In this document: positions 46,235-60,957 of the stretch, one piece after another
How positions within the stretch are numbered: position 1 is the first letter of the stretch
How the letters are laid out: the number at the start of each line of letters is the position of its first letter
Assembly (NCBI GenBank): GCA_951406725.2
Contig: OX597823.1
Location: 57,970,001-58,034,000, forward strand
From: Octopus vulgaris
Lineage: Eukaryota
Reading direction: 5' to 3'
DNA: 64,000 nt
Program-made: the position numbers and the translations under genes
Notes under the pieces: model-generated
Told to the model about the DNA's origin: nothing
What the model saw: the letters and a program-made list of their open reading frames with translations, nothing else
The model's database searches: none

Positions 46235-46754
46235 TACATATATAAGTAATGAGTAAGACCTTATTTAACTTACTTAATTACAGTGATGAACCAGCCATTT
46301 TATTGTAAAGTTAAACAATGAAAATGGAGTTTTCAAGAGGATGATTTCAAAAGATTAGAATTGAAATTAGTACTGTGAACATAAATAGTGTCTGTGTATA
46401 TACATACAAGCAAAGATTCATATTGTTACACATATATGTGATATATATAAAAAAATGATATACTTTGTAGAGTTTATATATATGTGTATCGGTGTGTATG
46501 TGTGTTAGTGAGTTTATGCTTGTATTCTCAAGGAATGTGTGCATGTGCATGTATATATATAAATATATATACATGTGTGTGTATGTGCATGTGTGTGTGT
46601 GTACGTATGTGTGTAATAGCACGTATTTCTAAAATCAAACATATCTGTAAATTGAATGCCGACATAAAGATTCGGATAGTCTTATCTTTATAAAACACAT
46701 ACTTTCAAAAGACATAAATATTCCAGAGCTTATATACATACATATATACGTACA

Positions 46755-46803
<49 letters not shown>

Positions 46804-46912
46804 TGTGTGTGTGTGTGTATATATATATATATTTTATATATATATATATGTATATATGTATATATATTTATATATATATGTATGTATATATGTATATATA
46901 TATATATAGGTA

Positions 46913-46944
<32 letters not shown>

Positions 46945-46946
46945 GG

Positions 46947-46978
<32 letters not shown>

Positions 46979-47030
46979 CATATCTCTCTATATATGCATA
47001 TATTTATACACACTCTCACATACACAAACA

Positions 47031-47061
<31 letters not shown>

Positions 47062-47983
47062 GTGTATATATATATACATACACACATACACATATATATA
47101 TATATATACACACAAGTATATTTATATTTATATATAGTAATCAAGGGGTACAGATAGTGAGGCAATGTTCATGAGCAATCCATCGATACATATTTAATAA
47201 GCAGACTATAACTAACAAGTAGATAATTAAATACTTCAATAACTCCAGCTTGACTTTGATGTGAATACAGAAATATATAAATGTACACATATTTACAATA
47301 TACATAATTGCATACATACATACATACATATATATAAACATATATACATACATACACATATATATATATGTTTATACAAAATATCTCTATGCGTGTGTTC
47401 TTATATACATGTTTATAATTACATATATACATATTTGTATATTTATATTTATATTCATATAATTAATTATGTTTGCATAAATATAGGTATAGATATAATA
47501 TATATGTATTTTTCTACATGGTAGCATGTGTGTTTCTATACATATTTACTTACACGATAAATCAAAAGCCGTAGTGCTTTGCCCATTAATGGACATAATA
47601 AGTACGTTGAGTATAAATATCTTTAAAAACACGTCCTCACAGGGGCTGTGGCGTGTTAGTTATATTGCATAAATATACTTCAGAGATAATTGATATTTTA
47701 ATCATGCTGCATTTGTGTTTGCCCTTGATGTTTATAGTCGTTGTTCATGATTATAACATATACATACATATATGATGACATTCATACACACATAAATATA
47801 TACAACCATTTGTGTCTGTGTATGTGCTTGTGTATATACATATATAATATATATATACATATATATATATATATATTTACAAATGCACACACACACACAT
47901 AAAAGTATATTAAATACGATATACTTTATACCAATATATTATATATATATGTAAATATATATATATATGTATAATATATATAG

Positions 47984-48025
<42 letters not shown>

Positions 48026-48048
48026 ATATATATATATATATATATCTA

Positions 48049-48310
<262 letters not shown>

Positions 48311-48481
48311 TAGGTAAGTAGATAGAGAGACAGATATCAAATATTTGAGGAAAACATACTGTTACTCCGTCTTTCTCTCCGTCTCTCTCTCTCTCTCTCT
48401 GTACAGATAATGTATGATTATATATATATATACATACATACAGTTCATCACACACACAGTTCATCAGTAGAACTACGAACT

Positions 48482-48629
48482 AAAACTGTCCGACGTCCGA
48501 CGAACGGGAACGTGAAACTGTAACGGTATTTTTTTTTATGTCTTTGCAGCTTTATTAATAAAGCATATTACTCTACCTCCGGTATTCGAGTACCATTTTT
48601 CCCACCTTGTTTCACATTTATGTTCTCTC

Positions 48630-48635
<6 letters not shown>
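48482..48635 (+). mobile_element. Copy of the CCGACGA hammerhead-like repeat, not folded back
   Basis: aaaactgt ccgacgt ccgacga acgggaacgt gaaac...atattactctacctc...ccaccttgtttcacatttatg matches 32969-33106. Confidence 0.7.
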
Positions 48636-48677
<42 letters not shown>

Positions 48678-49162
48678 ACACACACACACATATATATATG
48701 CATGCATACATATATGTGTGTGTGTGTGTGTACGTGTGTGTGTATTTGTGTATGTGTCTGTGTAAATATATATCTGTTCATATGCTTGTGCATATACATT
48801 TTCGCATATGTTTATATATGTATTCGCATAATTGTCCTTGCGTTTACTTGTGTACCAGTGCGTGTGCGGGTATGTGTGTGATAATGTGTATGTGTGAGAT
48901 ATTTTGTGAGTGTGTGTGTGTGATTTATGTAGTAATCACTTAGCATATTGATTCACTCAGTACCGATGCTCATGGCTTCGACTGGAGCAAGACTGAATGG
49001 GGTGAGATTGTGAATGATGTGGCCTAGTGAAAAAGAACAACAAAAGTAGGAGGGATTAATATAGGAGTAGGAGCATAATAATAATATTAATAAGGATAAT
49101 AGCAATAAGAATAATGGTAATGATGATGATGATGATGATGACGATGTTCATAGTAATAATGA

Positions 49163-49285
<123 letters not shown>

Positions 49286-49398
49286 TAAAAATAATTATAA
49301 TAATAAATAATTAAATATTAATGAAAACAATAAGAATAATATACATTACAATAAGGAGAAAACTGATAATAATAATAATAATAACAATAATAATAATA

Positions 49399-49446
<48 letters not shown>

Positions 49447-49447
49447 T

Positions 49448-49540
<93 letters not shown>

Positions 49541-50223
49541 TAATAAAAAAATAATAATAGCAACAACAACAAGAAAGAATTACGAAGGCGATCATTATTA
49601 TTCTAATGATGACGATTATGATGATAGCAAAATAAATCGCACGCTGAATGTCTCCTCTTATCATGGTACGTATTGGCATTGTTATTGTTATTGTTATTCT
49701 ATCTGTTCCTGTATTTATTGTTATCTTTTATTCATTTATTTATTATTTTTTGCACAAATTTTCATTGCAACATTGCAACACAATAATGGCAGAAATCAAT
49801 AAAGATGACTCAACGAAAAATACCCTGACTTCACAATACAGAAATAAACGTTTGATGGCGCGAAATTTTCGTCTGACGGTAGCCATTTTGTTTTTATTTT
49901 GCTTCCTTTTGTTTTGCTCTTTTCATGTTGTTTTTTTTAATTTTATTTTTCTATTTTGTATATTTGGAATTGTCGGATGATTATTTTACTGTTGTTGTTG
50001 TTATCATTATTATTCTTATTATCATTATCCTCGTTATTGTTATTGTTGCATTTGTTTTTTTGTTACTGTTGTTTACTGCTCATAGCCACAAGTCAATCCA
50101 CTTAGCCTTGATTGAGCTATTCTATTCAGTATTCTCTAGCTGTTTTATAGACCCAGTGAACCATAGCATGCGTGTTGTGCTTCTCTAGGACATAAAAATC
50201 AACAAGAAGAATATGAAAAAAAA

Positions 50224-50261
<38 letters not shown>

Positions 50262-50366
50262 TCGAAACAGAGCATATCGGTTTTCTTGTTTTGTTATATT
50301 ACAGCTGTGTGTTGTTTTGTATTTGTAGCTTCCTTTATTTTATCGCTATGTTTGTATTTTGTTTCT

Positions 50367-50423
<57 letters not shown>

Positions 50424-50465
50424 TATATACATATATATATATACATATATATATACACCTATATA

Positions 50466-50499
<34 letters not shown>

Positions 50500-50739
50500 C
50501 ATATACATACATATACAGACAGACATCCGTACATATATGTACGTGTGTGTGTTATTAAATAGTGTTTTAGAGACAACATTTAATTGACTGTGACAAACAG
50601 ATGTAAAACAGTGGATATGTATCTATATCTGTCTATCAATCTATCACGATATGTTCTTTTTTTAATGTAACTGTACATAACTATATACGTGTGTATTACA
50701 TTTATAGCGTATAGAGGCATATATGTAAAGATAGAGGCC

Positions 50740-50797
<58 letters not shown>

Positions 50798-50920
50798 CAT
50801 ATATGTATATACATACATATATATACATGCATGTATATATATGTATGTATATGTGTGTATATAAGGATATATATATATGTATATGTATATATGTAGAAAC
50901 GTACATAAATACATATGTGT

Positions 50921-50958
<38 letters not shown>

Positions 50959-52710
50959 GTGTGTGTATATGTTTGTATGTATGTATTTTTGCATGTATGT
51001 ATGTATGTATATCGTAGATGTTAAACATCGTATATAATGCGTTGCAATGTTTATTCCGGTGCTCGCCACTCTGCTTAAGTGCCGTCGAAGTGAAATTTGT
51101 CTCTCATCCTTTTAGGTTCGATGAATAAAACAATAAGACATAACTGGGGCAGCCTTGTCTTTCATTATTACAACCTTAATATTTCGACTGGCCTAAGCTG
51201 GGGCGGCTTAAGATATATTTCTCTTGTGACAACTGAACGTGCTCCTACAACCAAGAACGAAATCATGGTACAAGCGGACATCAACTTATCCACGATTACG
51301 AATGATGGCCGTAGTTTTTGCCTTCTGTGTCCCTGCAAAGCTGTGTTTTAGAGGATGGTTACAGTACTATATGTGGTATATCAAGTTGCTTCTTTTACTT
51401 GGTAAATTTGTTTGAAATACTTAGTCCTTATATATGGTTTTGAAGTTTTTAGTCTTTATAAATTTGCCAATTGGTTAAAGAAAAAGACTGAATAAATATT
51501 CAGTCGACCTAATGTATAATCCCGGGTATATCTCAGGTATTGGATACGATCATACAATCTTCAGTTTGTCTTCATTCCATTTGCCACATCTACCCGCAGG
51601 AACATTCGCTTATGATATTGTTTTTTACCCAGCCAGCATGTCTGACACAATCAACTAACCTCATGTTTCACTCATATAACTAGCATGATGTACTTTCAAT
51701 TTATTTCAACAAGACACACGTTCAATTTTTAAACCTTCCTTGCGGTCAGCACGCGATTCAAACTATCGCTACCTTGATAAATGCTAGTTCTGACAAAGGG
51801 GCCATACATCAGTAACGGTAAAAAAAACTCAGCTCTTCTCGCGTCTCTTTATCTTCAAGGAGATTTTCAAAATGCTTTCAATGGTTATAGATCCACCGAC
51901 GACATGCTCTCTCTGGATTTCATTTAAATAACTTGTTACATTGAAATTCCTTGCTGTCGTTGTTGTTGTTTTCCCACGCTGCTTCTACCTTCTCCAGTTC
52001 CTCTTCTTATTCTTCCTTATTTCTGTCTTGAATCCACTTACCAAACAATCAAATTTCTTTCGACTAATACTCAATATATTCCTATGCATCTTCATTGAAA
52101 ATTCAATGCCTCTCAACAGGTTTCTCATAGTTTCTTGTTCGCTGTACTTGTCGCACATGGTTATCCTTGCTTTATCCATTTTATTCCTTTATCTATCCAT
52201 GTTTTACCGTATCGTATTGTGTAATTGTTACACATATATAGTCAACAGCTCAACCAAATTAATTAGCACGTTAACGTAATTAGCTCTTTCACTGACAGAG
52301 CATAACAATAAACAAGTGCAGGGCATTGTACCCAATGATTTTCTTCATATAATTTTTTACTACGTCATGGTTGTTAACCCGACGCTCTACCCACTGAGCT
52401 ATGCGCCTTCACATTTAGATTTGATATACAAAATATATATACATGTATACATGTTGAAGAAAACGCAGAGACTGAAAATTCTCAAACGATGAATATTCAA
52501 GTATGAATATATAAATATTTATATATTAACAGAGGAAACTTACTCAAAGTACAGAGAGAAAATTAAATGGGAGAAGGTATGGTGTCCGACAGTTGATTTT
52601 GTTTGCTCGGATTTATTTCATAATGTTGGCAGATGTAACTCACCAAAATATGTAATCAGTAAATGAAGTAAATAAACATTGGATAGATCCGACCTCTTCT
52701 TCCCAAACAT

Positions 52711-52781
<71 letters not shown>

Positions 52782-52789
52782 AGGGCATA

Positions 52790-54253
52790 AATCGATGTGA
52801 CTGTAGACAGTAAACGCGACGCCCACCAAATTTCCCTGGTAAGTTTATGACAGACGACATTGATCGGATAAAACCAAGAACTTATACCTTGTGAACAACA
52901 GCTCATACTCATAACTCCTACATAACAATGTTATTAATAATTCCACTAAAGTTAGACCACAAGTTTATAAGAACATTAATAAAGAAGCCAGTACCACCTC
53001 CGCTAGGTTTAAATTAGAAAAAACAGAAATCCTTCCAAAAAAAAAAAGGGGGCCTTTATAACTATTACGGACCATAAAAAGAACTTGGTATCTAATTCTT
53101 AAATGCAGACCAATTAACCTTGCGAAATCAGAAATCGGTATAATTAGAAAGGAATATTTTTTTAAATAAATGCTAAAGGTAGAGGCGGAGCTAATTTAGT
53201 ACAATGGTCCAATATTGTCGAAGTTGTTAACTGGTTTGAAGGAATTAGAAATAAGAATAAAGCAAGATTTACTCAATATGATATTGTAGATTTCTATACA
53301 TCTTTTTCTAGAAAACTACTAGATAAAGCCCTCACTTTCACGAACGATTTTACAAAGGTTTAGTGAACACGATAAGAATATAGTCCACCCTGCTAGAAAG
53401 ACCTTACTCTTCAGGGAGAACATAGAGTTGGTCAAGGCATCAGACACAGAGGGTTTTTTCGACGTGAACATGGGGGGCCATATGATGGAGCAAGAATATG
53501 CGATCAATTGGGCTCCCCTTGCTTGACACGTTAGAAAAAGCTTTTCTTGGTGTATATTTCGCTATTTATAGGGACGAGGCTCTAGCTTTAGCTAAGAATA
53601 CCAATGGACCAGCGCAAGATCGGTTAAGGAAGGGTATTACCAATCTTATGAAAACATTCGATCTTAGCATATCAACAGATACCAACCTGACGATTGTCAA
53701 TTTCATTGACGTATTTCTAAATTTACAAAAGAATATTTATAAACCCCATAGAAATCCCAACGATAGACATAGTTATATTAATGTAGGTTCCTGCCACCTA
53801 CCATAGTGTTCAAGAATTTAGTTAAGAATATTAGTAGCAGAATTTCTAGCCTCTCCCCCAATATAAACATATTTAATAATGCTGTTCTACTATATAACAA
53901 AGCCCTTGAAGTTAGCGAATTTAAAGAGGTAATAGCATACACACCTACTATTAGGCCAAAAATAATGAAAAGAAAACATATAGGCAGGAAAATTATCTGG
54001 TTCACCCCACCCCCCTTACTCCTCCCAAGTATCCTTTGATATAGATAAATATTTATTATCACTTATAGGTAGACATTTTCTAATACATCTTAAATATAGG
54101 AAACTCTTTAATTGGCACAACGTAAAAATTAGTTTTAGTTCAACTCCAAACTTTAAAAACATAATTTCACACAATGCAACTCAACAACACGAAGCCGGCT
54201 GTTCCTGCAGGGATGAAGACTTGTGCCTGTTAAGTGGAGCCTGTATGATCTAG

Positions 54254-54255
<2 letters not shown>
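52790..54255 (+). mobile_element. Penelope-like element, decayed RT plus start of endonuclease linker
   Basis: SDKTKNLY, ITITDHK, QYDIVDFYTS, FDVNMG, IYRDEAL (YRDD-like), VNFIDVFLNL, KIIWFTPP, CSCRDEDLCLLSGAC; multiple frameshifts. Confidence 0.88.
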
Positions 54256-54307
<52 letters not shown>

Positions 54308-54311
<4 letters not shown>

Positions 54312-54520
54312 ATCCAAACAAGAAAACACAAAAAAAACAAAAAAAAAACACAACAACGCGAGGATGTGGAACAAATATAGTATTATTGGACGCTCAGGAA
54401 AGAAGGGAAGAAGGAGGGTTTAACGTTTCGAGCGGAGCTCTTCGTCTGAAACATAGGAGAAGGAAAGATCCAGAGAAGGGAAGACAGAGGCAAAAAAATC
54501 GCCAAAGGTACTCACGAGGT
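54308..54520 (-). mobile_element. Short PLE-pLTR-like repeat with hammerhead motif (54418-54452)
   Basis: Minus: GTTT CAGACGA A GAGC-TCC-GCTC GAAA CG TT AAAC; shares cgctcaggaa block with 3593-3785; abuts (TA)n. Confidence 0.65.
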
Positions 54521-54703
54521 ATCGGAGTAAGCACATAAATGTGAAACAAGTTGGAAAAAAGAGTATTCAAATACCAGAGGTAGAGTAATAACTATATTTA
54601 AAAGTAGCAAAAGCTATAAAAGCTGTTACTCAGAGTTTTACGCTCCCATTCATCGGATGAATGGGAACGGGAATCTCTGAGTAACAGCTTTTGTTATATT
54701 TTC
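54521..54703 (-). mobile_element. Foldback CCGA(C/T)GA hammerhead-like repeat
   Basis: Reverse complement of 32969-33106 with an inverted arm; apex at ~54655. Confidence 0.7.
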
Positions 54704-55062
54704 TTGTAAATATTGGGCTAAAATAGTTTTGAGAGAAAATGGCAAACCAAGTAAGAATAAATTTTCTAAAATGGATAGCAAAATTCGAATGATTGCTTTG
54801 GTGAAATGGTAGGACACCTGCTGTGTATACACGAAATGTAGCTTTAAGTCTGAAGTGCAACCATAGGATTTTAAACATCCAAAGGCTTTTTTTCTCGTTA
54901 TTATTTATAGTTTTATCTACTTCGGGTTAAAACACTCTCCACTAAAAAGAATTATTTCATGTTCTCTCGAAACGCCAAAATTTTCATGACTCTTACTTGC
55001 TTATGACTGCATATCAGACGTTATGACAGTGTAGTCCTATGACGACAAGAATATGTATGTAT

Positions 55063-55151
<89 letters not shown>

Positions 55152-55312
55152 ATTCGTTTTGTTATCCATTATATATATAGTTTATTATATATATAGTTTA
55201 TTCACTATTATTGCGAATATTTTAATCCCTTAAAGTTGGTTTTACTGGAATAACAAAAGAAAAATTATTTTGACAAGTCCAGGAATTGAACTTATGACCG
55301 TATAACTATATT

Positions 55313-55728
55313 AGTTTCAAATTTTGGCATAAGTCCAGCAATTTCCGTGAAGGAGATAAGTCAATTGCATCAACTTCGAAAGGATGAATGGCAAAATCGC
55401 ACCCGGTGGTACTTGAATTGAGAATATTAAGTAAAAAAAAAAATGCTATTAAGCATTTCTTCCGGTCTGGTAATGATTCTGCCAGCTCGCCCGTCTCTCA
55501 GTATTTTCTATTGATTTCAGATATTGGCACAAGACCAGCAGTCTCAGCGGAAGTGGAAAGTCGATTACGTCGATCCTAGAGTTCAACTGGTACTTATTTT
55601 ATTGACCCCGAAAGGATGAAAGACTTATTTGACCCCGTGGGTATTGGAATTCAGAACGTTAAGTCGGAAGGAATGCCGCCAAATAATTTTTCCGTCGCTG
55701 TAACAATTCTGCCAGCTCACAGCCTTAG
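55313..55728 (-). mobile_element. Two tandem degenerate type D SINEs
   Basis: Two gaaaggatgaa domains and two attctgccagctc head ends. Confidence 0.75.
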
Positions 55729-56539
55729 CTCAATAATCTATATTGATACACGGCTTTTTGCAATATTGTAGCGCCTACGTTTTGTTTAAGAAGGTTATTA
55801 ACATAAATAAATGAACTTGCATTAAGTAGATACATATCGAAACCTGCTCGCAGCTTTTACTCACCAAAAATACACAGCGCGCTCTCCAAAATCCCCTCTG
55901 CTTGTATTTAATGCTTAGCATATTAAAGGCTTCGCAGTGTGTGTATGAATATGTTTCTGTTGATATACCGACGCTTATACTACACATAAATGTACTGAAG
56001 CGTATAACAAATGCATATACACGCGCACCTACGTGTTTGTGTGAGTGACATTAAATAAAAGTGTGTGGATGTATATGAATATATTTGTAAATGCATAAGT
56101 GAATCTGTGCCTGCGTGTGTTGCCAATTTTTTTAATACATATATATATATATATTGTGAATGCGCACCGCATCGTCATAATCTGGACAAAGAAAAATACT
56201 CTAAGTCGTACGTTTGTCATAGGTTTAGAAAATATAATTATTTCTTTGCAATTCAAAATGTTTCTTGTGTCACTGAACAATCGATGTTTTGTATAACTTT
56301 GCCATCAACCATCGCTGCATATATTTCACGATGATATAAAGCTTATTACTCACCGTTTACATCTCTTTGTTCTCACACAAGTCCATCTCCCAAGAGTTTA
56401 GTCATCAAACGACGTTTGATTTTCACGAAATTAATAGACTATATCATTACTATCATGATTATTATTATTATTATTATTATCATGATCATGATCATGATCA
56501 TCATCATGTTACGATCATGATCATCTGCTCTCCCGTTGA

Positions 56540-56597
<58 letters not shown>

Positions 56598-57084
56598 TAG
56601 CTGTGATTGAGGCTTTTTGTTGTGCTCTTTTTATATTGTTTATTCATATTTTTATTGTTATTTCTTTGTTTTTATTTGCTGAACAATCTACTTGCTAGAA
56701 TGTTCTCTTTTTGTCGGCGAGCGCTGAAAATTTTGCCGCAACACCTGAGTCTTTGACTTCTCCACCGTTTATTAAACTCCCCATTCCTATGTACATTAAC
56801 CAGCTCACTTCTCTATAGTCTACTATGAATTATATACAACTCCTTACGAATGCTCCCATTATGCTTCATGCTTTCGAAATAAATACGCACAATAACTCAT
56901 TTTATGATAGTGATAATATATTTGTCTAAATGAAAGTAATACACGCCATTGTTTTTATCGCTCTTTTATATTCTTTAATTGTCGTTGTTGCTGTTGTTGT
57001 TGTAGTTGCTTTGTAAAGCAAGCCGAACACTGAATTGTTTCTCAGATATCTCCATCGGCGAAATATCTATCTACCTTTGTATCC

Positions 57085-57275
<191 letters not shown>

Positions 57276-57376
57276 CGATCAACTAACCAGTCTGCCAATC
57301 AATCAATTAATCAATCAATTTATCTATCTATTTATCTATCTATTTGTCTGCTTGTCTATACATATGTGTATATATA

Positions 57377-57435
<59 letters not shown>

Positions 57436-57437
<2 letters not shown>

Positions 57438-57655
57438 GACAGGCGTCTTTCAGTTTCCGTCTGCCAAATCCACTCACCTGGCTTTGGTCGGACCGGCGCA
57501 ATACTAGAAGGCACTTATCCAAGGTGCCACACAGTGGGACTGAACCCGAAAGCTACTTGCCACACAGCCACGCCTGCACCTATATAAATATATTCTTTTA
57601 TTCTTTTCTATGTTTGTTTCAGCCTTGAGGCCGCGACCATGCTGGGGCACCGCCA
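57436..57655 (-). mobile_element. Type C SINE 5' half plus adjacent tail fragment
   Basis: cgacaggcgtctttcagtttccgtctgccaaatccactcac...cacacagccacgcctgcacct matches 2815-2980. Confidence 0.85.
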
Positions 57656-57849
57656 GTTATATGCAGATACATATATGTATATACATACATATATCTATGT
57701 ATATAGCTATATCAAACTCCATTCTTCATCAAATGCCACGTATTAGAGGAGGCTCCTAGTAATAACAGTGTAGCGCAAAACGGCGGTGCATTATATTGGC
57801 CGCAGCTCTGAGCTGAAACTTAAAAAAAAAATATCTGCTAACTCCATAA

Positions 57850-58010
57850 GTTTTATTTCTTATTGTCTCTTTATTAATTTCTTCGTGTTTCTTTCTGTTG
57901 AAGAGCGTAAGCTCGAAACGGGAAAGACTTTCTCACCCTCCCGAGCGTCAAAGTAATACACCTGCTAGTTGTTTATACACTTGTCTTGGTCTTTTGTTTT
58001 TCTGTAATAT
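57850..58010 (+). mobile_element. Short PLE-pLTR-like repeat with variant hammerhead (57891-57926)
   Basis: CTTT CTGTTGA A GAGC-GTAA-GCTC GAAA CG GG AAAG; inverted relative to 58240-58420. Confidence 0.65.
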
Positions 58011-58145
58011 TCAACTATATATCTGTTTGTTTGTTTGTACATATATGTGTGTGTATATGCATACATACATATATATATACACACATATATATGTGTATGT
58101 GTGTGTAGGTATATATATGTATATATATATATATGTATATATATA

Positions 58146-58216
<71 letters not shown>

Positions 58217-58239
58217 ATATATTTGAAACTTATAGAAAT

Positions 58240-58830
58240 ACAAAAGACGAAGACAGGTGTATGAGCAACAACCAGGTGTATTAGTTTCACACTCGGAAAT
58301 TTGAGAAAGTCGTTTACGTTTCGCGCCTACTCTGTTTCAACAGAAAGGAACATGAAGAAATAAACAGCGAGAGAATAAAAAAACATTTTGAAGTTAGGTT
58401 ACTGCTTAATCATGGCGACTGGCTGGACACAGGCAGTTAGACACGAGAGCTAGGAAGAAGGGGAGATAAGTATAGGTGATCCCAAAATGATGGTGCCCGT
58501 ACGTGTGTGTATGAGAAATTGTGTATGTGCGTGTGGATAGGGGCTGGTGACTTTGACGTGTGGATGTGTGAGTTTGTAACTCTATGCGTCTGTAATGTGT
58601 AGGTGTGTGGATGATGGTGTGGGTGCTGGGAAGTGGTCAGTGCTAGTGTGTGCGGATTGGTGTGATGTGGTGTGTTGGTTTGTAGTGTGGTGTGGCAGTG
58701 CCGGGGTGTGGGTTTGGGGTGAGCATGTGAGGCTGGGGGTGAATGGAAGGGGTATCAATGAAGAGAGAACATGCGTTGGAGTGAACGGAGGAACTAGGTG
58801 TCTAATGAAAAGAGTAGAGGAGCGTAATAT
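58240..58830 (-). mobile_element. Probable Penelope-like 3' end with degenerate hammerhead (58311-58347)
   Basis: Homologous to 3593-3785; upstream minus frame LLFSLDT*FLRSLQRMFSL weakly resembles PLE GIY-YIG C-termini. Confidence 0.5.
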
Positions 58831-58857
58831 ATATATACATATTCACACACACACTCA

Positions 58858-58902
<45 letters not shown>

Positions 58903-58941
58903 GTTTATAAAATAAATCCATATATACATACATACACACAC

Positions 58942-59003
<62 letters not shown>

Positions 59004-59239
59004 ATAAAATACAAAATGGGACAAGAACGCAAAACATCCGGACAACTAGGTGATACAAAAAGGGACAAAAAAAAAAAACGCCCAGTTAGACGATACAAAA
59101 AAACAAGGACGGGTCATTCGAAGCCTTTTATCCTCAGTAAAAGAACCGGATCACCCTCGCAATTTCTGCTGATTAATCTTGAGATTGCTCCGCTCTGGCC
59201 AGCCCCAAGTAAAAACTAAGCTAAGAACATTAGATTCCT

Positions 59240-59304
<65 letters not shown>

Positions 59305-59849
59305 TTTTATTTGAAAATACGCTGAGAGTATATACGATGGTTTAATCATATTGATATCGATATATGAACTGGGTTCCGATTTGTTGATTTTCAATACCGA
59401 TAGGATCTACTCAATACATATTGTAGCGGATGTGCCTTTTGCTTTTGAAACTGAACCTGTGAGTTTGTATCAAATATCCAGTACAAGAAGCCTCGAAAGC
59501 TTCACCAACAGGCGTAAAATTCCAGTCGCGAGATAAATGTATATATGTGTGTGTATGTGTATGTTTGTGTGTGTGTGATTGGTTTGTACAATATTCTGAT
59601 GTAATATTCATACAGTAATTAGCCAATTTTAATTATATATTATTCCATTTTACGTTAGAAAATTGGAACAGGTATGTAAAAGGTAACAGGTACTACAGAA
59701 CTCCAATAATAGAAGTTACGTGTAACATGCGAAAAAGTGTTAATTGTCGAAAGAATGAGTATTCGTTATCAAGGTATAGATTAACACTATTTTTATTTTG
59801 GCCGTTTCATTCCTTTGCTACTACAGTCTTGACTGTGGGTATGCAGGGT

Positions 59850-60159
59850 TGTTATGACGTGGGTGCACACAACTCTGGTGTAAAATGGTATTACACAAAT
59901 AAATGGTTGGTTGTGGTTACCTAAAAATAACCTATCGCAGAAATATATGTTAATACAGAACGCACTCCGTACTACTCGAACGCAAGTGTGTTACTCAATA
60001 TTCACTGTTAAACTATCGTCTGTTAAACACAAACACGTTGAACTAATACGGTAAACCCACACTGTCGAACTAACACCGTCGGCAACAGTTCATTCAGTTC
60101 TTACTTATCGGTTAGTCCACGTCAAATCACGTGGGGATGTTCTGGATTCTCACATGACA
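59850..60159. mobile_element. Solo LTR, 310 bp
   Basis: Termini TGTTATG...CATGACA with exact 5 bp TSD AGGGT (59845-59849, 60160-60164). Confidence 0.75.
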
Positions 60160-60358
60160 AGGGTCTTCTTGGCAAATCACAAATCGAAATTTGTCTGACG
60201 ACACTGTGTAACCGCATATGAAACGCTGAGTAGCAAGTGATTGATTCAGACAAGCTATATATGTGTGAGAGCGTGTGCGTGTACGTGAGTATGTGTGTAT
60301 ATATGTATATATGTGGTATATATATGTATATGTATGTGTCTATGTATATGTGTGTGTG

Positions 60359-60656
60359 TGGAGACACATGGTCTAGTGGATAGAAAAGCGGACTCCCTGT
60401 CGAGGGGTCGCGGGTTCGAATCTCAGACCAGGCGATGTGTGTGTTTATGAGCCAAACATCTAAGCTCTACGTGGCCCCGGCAGAAGGTAATGGCGAGCTT
60501 CTGCTGACTCTTTCACCACAACTTTCTCTCACTCTTTCCTTCTGCATCTTGCAGCTTATCTGCGACGGACAGGCGTCCCGTCCAGGTGGGGAACCTATAC
60601 ACCAAGGAAATCGGGAAACCGGCCCTTATGAGCCAGGCATGGCTCGAGAAGGAACA

Positions 60657-60664
<8 letters not shown>
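60359..60664 (+). mobile_element. tRNA-derived SINE (body type A) with V-domain-like 3' part
   Basis: A-box TGGTCTAGTGG, B-box GGTTCGAATCT; body tttcaccacaactttctctcactctttc shared with 361-545; TGCGACGGACAGGCGTCCCGTCCAGG; (AAC) tail. Confidence 0.85.
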
Positions 60665-60723
<59 letters not shown>

Positions 60724-60957
60724 GTTAGTTAGTTAGTTAGTTAATTTGGCTCAAAAGCAAATAGCAAGGCCATGTAGGGGGACATGGAGTTAAGTACAGG
60801 GTGGTGTTCATGTAAAGAGTTCAGGCCACTTGAGGTCAAGGGAGGCTTTGAACAAAGCGGTCGTCGGCATCTTCACCATCTCGTCTGGCAGCTTGTTCCA
60901 CGGATCCGCAACCGGGACGGAGAAAGCTCCTCTCCTTCGATTGAGATGAAATCGTCG
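60724..60957 (-). mobile_element. CR1-type LINE 3' end with (TAAC)n tail
   Basis: Minus translation RRFHLNRRRGAFSVPVADPWNKLPDEMVKMPTTALFKASLD (FS.RV...WN.LP...FK..LD signature). Confidence 0.85.

Noticed and set aside
51560-52200. Possible old minus-strand LINE remnant
   Set aside because: No diagnostic motif could be recovered by eye.
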